Of a stretch of 26,326 bases of DNA, positions 6,002-11,604 are shown one piece after another. Source of the stretch: a virus. Its lineage: Duplodnaviria; Heunggongvirae; Uroviricota; Caudoviricetes. The position numbers and the translations under genes were made by a program. Under the pieces are notes generated by a model. It worked only from the letters and a program-made list of their open reading frames with translations. It was not told the DNA's origin and searched no databases. Location: IMG/VR virus record IMGVR_UViG_3300027007_000013, one strand, 5' to 3'. The number at the start of each line of letters is the position of its first letter. Within the stretch, counting starts at the first letter, position 1.

Positions 6002-6165
6002 AGCCGCGCCCGGTCGGACAGCAACTCCCGCAAGAACAGACGGTGACGACGGCGTACGAGTGCGACTCGTGTGGAGAAATCATTCGGATGCTATCCATCG
6101 ACGGCGATGATCCCATCGACACATGCCTCGAATGTGGGTCGTTCCTGATCCACATCGTCGCTTGA
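5998..6165 (+). CDS. Zn-finger microprotein (55 aa, CxxC...CxxC)
   Basis: MKPRP...YECDSCG...DTCLECGS; ATGA-coupled to the upstream gene; followed by a TTTTT tract at 6190-6194. Confidence 0.72.
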   Translation: MKPRPVGQQLPQEQTVTTAYECDSCGEIIRMLSIDGDDPIDTCLECGSFLIHIVA

Positions 6166-6262
6166 CGGCTTACCATTGGTTACCACTCGTTTTTCACGAC
6201 CTATTAATTTATTATCGTATCAAACATATTAAGTATTATAGGTCTTTGGCCTATGAACCGAA

Positions 6263-7189
6263 ATGAAAGAGAAGCACCCATGGAGAGACAAATCTCTCCT
6301 CGAAGAACTGTACTGGAACGAGCTCATGTCGATGAGACAGATAGCTCGAAGATTCGACGTCCAGAAGATAACGATCTCGGAGTGGATGCATCGGAACGAC
6401 ATCGATGTGCGTAGCCGAAGTGAGGCAACCACAGCGCGGATGATTCGTGACCGGGATGATCCCATGAACGACCCTGTCATCCTCGAGCGGCTCTATCACG
6501 AGCATGAGCTGAGCGCCCCTGACATGGTCAAATACCTCCCGGTGGAGTCTGACCAGGCCGTGTACGATGCCATGAGACGGAATGGCGTCGGTCTGCGGGG
6601 GTACACCTCCGCCGCCAAGCTGTCATGGGACACGAAGCGTAGCAAGGAGAAAACCGATACTGGCGTCCAGGAAGCTGTGACCGACGGCGGCGTCGAGGTC
6701 GAAAAGACAGAAAAGAACCCTGTCGAAATCTGTGTCCCCAATATCCCCGGTATGGTCAGGGATGTCGCTGAGGAGATGTCGGAGTCTGAAACCAGCGTGA
6801 CGATCAAAGTCGAAGCATACGATCCGGACGTAATCGCTGAGACACGCGATGAGCAGGAAGATGTGACGACTGTTGAATATGGCGACAACACGTATCGTAT
6901 TGGCACCGGTGCATCGGTCAACGAACGGAAAGCGTCGTCTGACCTTCCCTGCATCATGCCCGGTTCAAAAACAGCAGTGGTCGCCACAGAGATCTACCAG
7001 AGGGGGCCGATGCAGGTGAGAGATATAGCGCAACGGACAGAGATCACAGCCGGACACGTCTCCGCAATCCTGTGTGCACTCAGGGACCGTGGGTTAATGG
7101 AATCGAAGACCGGGTCGTCGACGAACGGGAGGACGAATGTCTCGGAACTCACTGTAGCTGGAGAAGACGCCGTCGAAGCCTTTGTGTAG
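6263..7189 (+). CDS. Multi-HTH DNA-binding protein (two N-terminal HTH repeats plus a C-terminal winged HTH)
   Basis: Repeats WRDKSLLEELYWNELMSMRQIARRFDV and MNDPVILERLYHEHELSAPDMVKYL; C-terminal IYQRGPMQVRDIAQRTEITAGHVSAILCALRDRGLM. Confidence 0.75.
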   Translation: MKEKHPWRDKSLLEELYWNELMSMRQIARRFDVQKITISEWMHRNDIDVRSRSEATTARMIRDRDDPMNDPVILERLYHEHELSAPDMVKYLPVESDQAVYDAMRRNGVGLRGYTSAAKLSWDTKRSKEKTDTGVQEAVTDGGVEVEKTEKNPVEICVPNIPGMVRDVAEEMSESETSVTIKVEAYDPDVIAETRDEQEDVTTVEYGDNTYRIGTGASVNERKASSDLPCIMPGSKTAVVATEIYQRGPMQVRDIAQRTEITAGHVSAILCALRDRGLMESKTGSSTNGRTNVSELTVAGEDAVEAFV

Positions 7190-7246
7190 AACGCAGTGAC
7201 GTGGTAGAAAGAAACACTTAATATTCTATCACGTCAAGATTATTAT

Positions 7247-8794
7247 ATGGACTTGACGGAGTTCGGTGAGTACCTCGAACAGCTCCAGATAGGAGAGAAA
7301 CCAAAAGACAGCGTCGTATTGAGCGCGCTCGACGACATCGAGCCGACATCCAAGCACTTCGAGTGTGCTATTGCACTTCTGACACGAAAGCCGTACGACG
7401 ACATCGGCGTCGGCAAGCAAACCGTCCGAAAGATAGCGGTCCAGTGCTTCGACGTCTCGATGGACGGGCTTCGCGACCTGGAACGGGAGTATGGTGACCT
7501 ACCAAGTGCGATCGGGCACGCAGACATCGCCACAGACACGCTGTTCTCGAAGCGCGAGATCACGCTGGGTGAGCTCCGCGACGACCTGGACTACCTACGA
7601 CACCACACCGGTCCCGACCAGAAGCGCCGCATCAAAGAGATGCTCGGCTACGAGTCGCCCAAGTGGGTCGCTCATGCGATGCTCGGAAAGAAAGGTGCGA
7701 GTCTCGGTATCGGTGAGAAATCGGTCGTCAAGGTCCTGTGCCAGCACTACGGCGTCGACGATCACCGCCGCGCGTTGGCTCTCAATCCGAGAGTGACACA
7801 ACTCTGTCGGACGATCGTCGACGATAGCGAGTATAACAACGTCATCATGCACCCCTACTGTGGACGGCCGTTCCTCCCGATGCTGGCGAAGTCGAAGCAG
7901 ATCCCGGAAAAGCCACAGGCTGAGTGGATGATCCAGCCCAAGTACGATGGGGCCCGCATCCTCGTCCACTACAACACGGCTGATGACGGCATCCTTCGGG
8001 CGTTCAGCCGAAACGCAAACGATGTGACCAAGAGTCTTCCCGAGCTGCGCGAGCTCGAGGACGTGATCACCGCTGAGGGACAGTACATCTTCGACGGTGA
8101 GGCGATCCCGTACAAAGACGGTGAGCGCCAGCCGTTCCAGCAGGTGATGACGCGATTCGGGCGCGAAGAAGACGTCGACGAGCAAGAGATCGACATCGAG
8201 TTCAAGTTCTTCGACCTGGTCTACGCGAAAAACCAGTGGCCCGCCTACGACGGGGATGTGTCCGAGATGACGACTGGTGAACGATACTTCCTGCTATACT
8301 GGTTGTTCGGGTCGAACCACACTGACTGGATCGCACCATCGTACACGCCCATGCTCGCGGAGGACCTCGTCGGTCACTACCAGGAGTTCTTACGAGAGGG
8401 ATTAGAGGGCGCGGTCGTCAAGCAGGTTGATGCCCCCTACGAGTTCAACCGACGATCGCCCAGCTGGCGAAAGTTGATCCCGGAGAAAGAGAACGTCGAT
8501 CTCAAGGTCGTTGCTGTCCACGAGGGTGAGAACAGTAACGCGGGCAAGGTCGGTGGGATGGAACTGGAGACGGAGGACGGGCACCGTGTCGGACACGTTG
8601 GTGGTGGTATGGAAGGGCACGATGGGTTCGACTGGGATGAGAGAGACGAGCTGATAGACGCGATCGTCGAGGTGTCCTGGCGCGAACTCCAGGAGAATGA
8701 CGATGGGACATGTGCCCTACGGTTTCCGAGCCTGGAAGGGGTGCGCATCGACAAGACAGAGGCCGACACACTCGATAGGCTCAAAGCTCTGTAA
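7247..8794 (+). CDS. lig: ATP-dependent DNA ligase
   Basis: Motif I QPKYDGAR, III FDGEAI, IIIa FKFFDL, IV EGAVVK, V WRKL, VI LRFP...RIDK; truncated N-terminal DNA-binding domain; promoter GAAACACTTAATA about 30 nt upstream. Confidence 0.95.
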   Translation: MDLTEFGEYLEQLQIGEKPKDSVVLSALDDIEPTSKHFECAIALLTRKPYDDIGVGKQTVRKIAVQCFDVSMDGLRDLEREYGDLPSAIGHADIATDTLFSKREITLGELRDDLDYLRHHTGPDQKRRIKEMLGYESPKWVAHAMLGKKGASLGIGEKSVVKVLCQHYGVDDHRRALALNPRVTQLCRTIVDDSEYNNVIMHPYCGRPFLPMLAKSKQIPEKPQAEWMIQPKYDGARILVHYNTADDGILRAFSRNANDVTKSLPELRELEDVITAEGQYIFDGEAIPYKDGERQPFQQVMTRFGREEDVDEQEIDIEFKFFDLVYAKNQWPAYDGDVSEMTTGERYFLLYWLFGSNHTDWIAPSYTPMLAEDLVGHYQEFLREGLEGAVVKQVDAPYEFNRRSPSWRKLIPEKENVDLKVVAVHEGENSNAGKVGGMELETEDGHRVGHVGGGMEGHDGFDWDERDELIDAIVEVSWRELQENDDGTCALRFPSLEGVRIDKTEADTLDRLKAL

Positions 8795-8813
8795 ACCTGT
8801 CGTGTCGGCTTAC

Positions 8814-8826
8814 GAAAATATTTAAC
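8814..8826 (+). promoter_or_regulatory. BRE/TATA promoter with no protein gene at its predicted start
   Basis: GAAAATATTTAAC; a start about 30 nt downstream falls at about 8850, the first base of a long helix. Confidence 0.55.
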
Positions 8827-8849
8827 TCCTGAGACTTCGTAGGTCGAGT

Positions 8850-8966
8850 GTCGCTGACGGGTGCCGTGACGCTCTGGCCGCCGGGTGGTCGCCGGCGGAC
8901 GGGTCCCCGACTCTCTACCCACGGATTCCAACGTCACCACGTAAGACCGGTTTCAGCGACCCTTTT
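8850..8966 (+). ncRNA. Candidate stand-alone structured ncRNA (~115 nt), family unknown
   Basis: Ends pair (GTCGCTGA/TCAGCGAC); inner helices CGG/CCG, GTG/CAC, GTGACG/CGTCAC, CCGCCGG/CCGGCGG, GGGT/ACCC; TATA upstream, TTTT immediately downstream; no credible + strand ORF. Confidence 0.6.
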
Positions 8967-8971
8967 ACACC

Positions 8972-8986
8972 GAAAACTGGTATGTA
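8972..8986 (+). promoter_or_regulatory. Repeated viral promoter motif GAAAACTGGTATRTA, copy 1
   Basis: GAAAACTGGTATGTA, 39 nt before the ATG at 9011. Confidence 0.75.
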
Positions 8987-9010
8987 CGTGACACACCGAA
9001 CCTCAGCATA

Positions 9011-9358
9011 ATGCCCAAGAGTACCACCTTCCGCGTTTTTGGAGGGTTGATAGCTGACTCCCGCGCGTACGTCGACATGAACGTCGGTGGGATCGACAAC
9101 GAAGGGAACATCTACTTGGAGGAAGCGTCTGGCTCGCCGTCTGATTCCCACTCATTCACGCCAGATGAGTTTCGTGAACGGGCAAGAGATGGGCTGATAC
9201 TCGACCGGAACTCGATGCCCAAGACCGACCGATCGATGTGGAAAGCGGTCGACAAACTGGGCGAGGAGAGAGTAAGCGTGGAGCCTGGTAGTGATGTTGA
9301 CCGCCAGTTAGAAACGGCGATAAAGTCGGTGTTTCGGGCGGCGGCTGTCGACTCATAA
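9011..9358 (+). CDS. Hypothetical protein (115 aa)
   Basis: ORF starts at the fixed distance from the repeated promoter motif. Confidence 0.75.
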   Translation: MPKSTTFRVFGGLIADSRAYVDMNVGGIDNEGNIYLEEASGSPSDSHSFTPDEFRERARDGLILDRNSMPKTDRSMWKAVDKLGEERVSVEPGSDVDRQLETAIKSVFRAAAVDS

Positions 9359-9365
9359 ACCCTCG

Positions 9366-9380
9366 GAAAACTGGTATATA
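9366..9380 (+). promoter_or_regulatory. Repeated viral promoter motif, copy 2
   Basis: GAAAACTGGTATATA, 39 nt before the ATG at 9405. Confidence 0.78.
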
Positions 9381-9404
9381 GAGACTCACGACTTGGTTCG
9401 GCTA

Positions 9405-9617
9405 ATGGGATTCCGGCAAGTTCTCACCGAGCACGGAGAAGTCATTGTCGAGCTGGAAAACGGCCGAGTGGCCGAGCTCCACCTCGACGCAGAGTTCTCG
9501 ACAGACGGTGCGACAGACCGCACACTGGTCACGTTCACAGACGCTGATGGCGAGACGCACACGTTCTACGCCGACACCGTCGTCAACTACTGGCGACACC
9601 CGAGCGGGTGGCTCTGA
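9405..9617 (+). CDS. Small all-beta protein (70 aa), possible Sm/LSm-like fold
   Basis: Short helix then EVIVELENGRVAEL (Sm1-like VxVELxNG) and GETHTFYADTVVNYW (Sm2-like spacing); lacks the canonical RG. Confidence 0.5.
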   Translation: MGFRQVLTEHGEVIVELENGRVAELHLDAEFSTDGATDRTLVTFTDADGETHTFYADTVVNYWRHPSGWL

Positions 9618-10033
9618 TGGCGCCGTTCTCCTGGATGGTGTGGTCGTTTCCGAACCGATACGTCGAGGAATCATACCGATGGCGAACGTTCGACCTGCAT
9701 GACTGGAGTCGTAACGAGTACGAGTGGAAGGCCGATCCACCAGGACTTTGGAACGACCGGGTCCAGCGCCCGAGCGATACCGTTCGAAAGGGTACTGGAG
9801 ACTGTGATGACTACGCTCTGGTCGCCGCGTCGTGCTCTGTCTCGAAAGGGCGGCGCGGTGTTGGCCTGGCTGTCATGGGTCACTACAACTGGGGAGTCCC
9901 CGTACCGACACACATGATCGCATACGATCGGCACGAGACGTACTCGTCAGGCCGCATCCGACACGAATCCCCGGATGAGTTCGTCGAGCGAGATCGCCGA
10001 TACGACTGGGTCTGGACACGGCGAGTCCGGTAG
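9617..10033 (+). CDS. Transglutaminase-like cysteine peptidase (138 aa)
   Basis: GDCDDYA nucleophile motif, THM (His) and AYD (Asp) give a Cys-His-Asp triad; TGATG-coupled to the upstream gene. Confidence 0.8.
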   Translation: MAPFSWMVWSFPNRYVEESYRWRTFDLHDWSRNEYEWKADPPGLWNDRVQRPSDTVRKGTGDCDDYALVAASCSVSKGRRGVGLAVMGHYNWGVPVPTHMIAYDRHETYSSGRIRHESPDEFVERDRRYDWVWTRRVR

Positions 10034-10040
10034 ACAATCA

Positions 10041-10055
10041 GAAAACTGGTATATA
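10041..10055 (+). promoter_or_regulatory. Repeated viral promoter motif, copy 3
   Basis: GAAAACTGGTATATA, 39 nt before the ATG at 10080. Confidence 0.78.
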
Positions 10056-10079
10056 CAGCACACCGACTATCTGAGCTTG

Positions 10080-10196
10080 ATGGCGGTGCCCCCCTCCGCA
10101 GGCGACGCCCCCGTCTCGTTTCTGACCACCGGTACCAACGGCACCTCGAACGTAGATCGGTGGTTCCAGCGGCTCATCGACCCGGGTGGCTACTGA
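10080..10196 (+). CDS. 38-aa peptide with its own promoter
   Basis: MAVPPSAGDAPVSFLTTGTNGTSNVDRWFQRLIDPGGY; ATG lies exactly at the motif-defined distance. Confidence 0.6.
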   Translation: MAVPPSAGDAPVSFLTTGTNGTSNVDRWFQRLIDPGGY

Positions 10197-10373
10197 TTCA
10201 AGCGAAAAGACGCGAGACATGTCGCCAGTCGCCGACCGGTAAGCACCCTCGTTTTGAAGTACAGAATTTTGATATGAGTGGTAACCAGTAACATTTATTA
10301 TAGTTCTTTGCCTACTCTTAATCACTACTCTCCGGGCTACTGGCGTGGAACGGAGGGTGTATCGTGACATCGC

Positions 10374-10655
10374 ATGAAAAGCAAGAACCAACTGCAAAGA
10401 ATGTTAGCGAATCGTAGATGTGCAGGATTCGAAGGCGTGTCTGTCGACCAGGACAAGCGCCGGCATATCGAGTACGCCCTCTTGCGTACGATATTAGAAC
10501 TTGACGAGGGACAGGACGTGTGTCGCGAGTGCGCTGCAATCTCCGATTCCGACGCTGAGTGGGATGATCCCGGCCTGTGTCCCCGTTGCTCGACCGGCGT
10601 GCAACTCCGCATCAATGCTCACGCTGCTGGTGGTATGGCGGCGGATGGTGACTGA
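10374..10655 (+). CDS. Hypothetical protein with C-terminal Zn finger (CxxC...CPxC)
   Basis: VCRECA...LCPRCS; stop overlaps the next ATG. Confidence 0.65.
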   Translation: MKSKNQLQRMLANRRCAGFEGVSVDQDKRRHIEYALLRTILELDEGQDVCRECAAISDSDAEWDDPGLCPRCSTGVQLRINAHAAGGMAADGD

Positions 10656-11044
10656 TGTCCACCCCTAAGCACTGTCCATACTGCTTCGGGAACGTCGAAC
10701 GAACCCGATACTGGTACCGAGACGCGCACGACATCGAGCCAGCGTCTATCACCCCACCGGAGTGTCACGCCGACCTCCCCGGGATGGCCCCCATCGAGTG
10801 TGAGATGGACGAGATGGTCATGGTCATGCCATGTGGACACTCGTTCGAGGCCGGTCGCTGGTTCGACTACGCAGAGGCGTGCCAGCTCTACACGTTCACC
10901 CTCGACGAGTTGTCGCAGGTGATCAGTACCGGCGCGGCCAGTGTTCTCTCAGAGGACCTCGACGCGCACGACATCACGGTCAGGATGTCTGCTGAGGAGT
11001 GCTGTGAGACGATGGAGCGGACGGCACCGAGTGGGGTATTCTAA
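10655..11044 (+). CDS. Cys-rich hypothetical protein (CPYC...PCGH)
   Basis: HCPYCFG and MPCGHSF Zn-binding-like motifs; acidic. Confidence 0.7.
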   Translation: MSTPKHCPYCFGNVERTRYWYRDAHDIEPASITPPECHADLPGMAPIECEMDEMVMVMPCGHSFEAGRWFDYAEACQLYTFTLDELSQVISTGAASVLSEDLDAHDITVRMSAEECCETMERTAPSGVF

Positions 11045-11045
11045 C

Positions 11046-11387
11046 GTGCCCGAGATCCCGCCGGCCAGCGAGCTCGAGTGGGTCGACGTGAGCAACCACG
11101 CTGGAGAACGCTGGCACCAGTACGTGAGGACCTCGCCCGGATACGGCCCGATCATCGCGTGGAATCTCGCGAAGGAGCTCACTGGCGACCACGGGCTGTA
11201 CTGCGACGAAGCCCGATACGACGAGACCACGGATGCGGTCATCCTTGTCGAACGTGACGAAGACATGGGGGATGATGTTCCGCGTGTGATGGTGACGGTC
11301 ATGCGAGGCCGCCACGCGAAAACGAAGACGCAGAACGCGATCGTTCGCGTCATCGGCCACAAGCCGAGGCTCCCCGCGACAGCATGA
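11046..11387 (+). CDS. Hypothetical protein (113 aa), weak resemblance to small RNase (BECR/RelE-like) folds
   Basis: GTG 1 nt after the upstream stop; VSNHAGERW motif and C-terminal beta-strands ending VMVTVM. The fold call is a guess. Confidence 0.55.
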   Translation: MPEIPPASELEWVDVSNHAGERWHQYVRTSPGYGPIIAWNLAKELTGDHGLYCDEARYDETTDAVILVERDEDMGDDVPRVMVTVMRGRHAKTKTQNAIVRVIGHKPRLPATA

Positions 11388-11473
11388 TGGGCGAGGAATG
11401 GCTGTCGACGAGTCTTCCGGGACGTGACCCCCACCCCCTTGGGTCTGAACATGGCTCTCCGAGGACAGCATGA
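11384..11473 (+). CDS. Possible 29-aa peptide in an ATGA-coupled chain
   Basis: ATGA overlaps at both ends (11384-11387 and 11470-11473); no motif. Confidence 0.3.
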   Translation: MMGEEWLSTSLPGRDPHPLGSEHGSPRTA

Positions 11474-11604
11474 ACGACGGAGTGGAACAGGCATGGCGAC
11501 TCTACCGTGACAGGAACGTTGTCGTCGGAAAATACCGAGCCGAGATCGCGGAGCGACGGCGGCTGATGATGGAATGGCGGAAAGAAGGAGAACCCCTGAG
11601 ATGA
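11470..11604 (+). CDS. 44-aa basic helical microprotein coupled to polB
   Basis: MNDGVEQAWRLYRDRNVVVGKYRAEIAERRRLMMEWRKEGEPLR; its TGA overlaps the polB ATG (11601). Confidence 0.55.
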   Translation: MNDGVEQAWRLYRDRNVVVGKYRAEIAERRRLMMEWRKEGEPLR

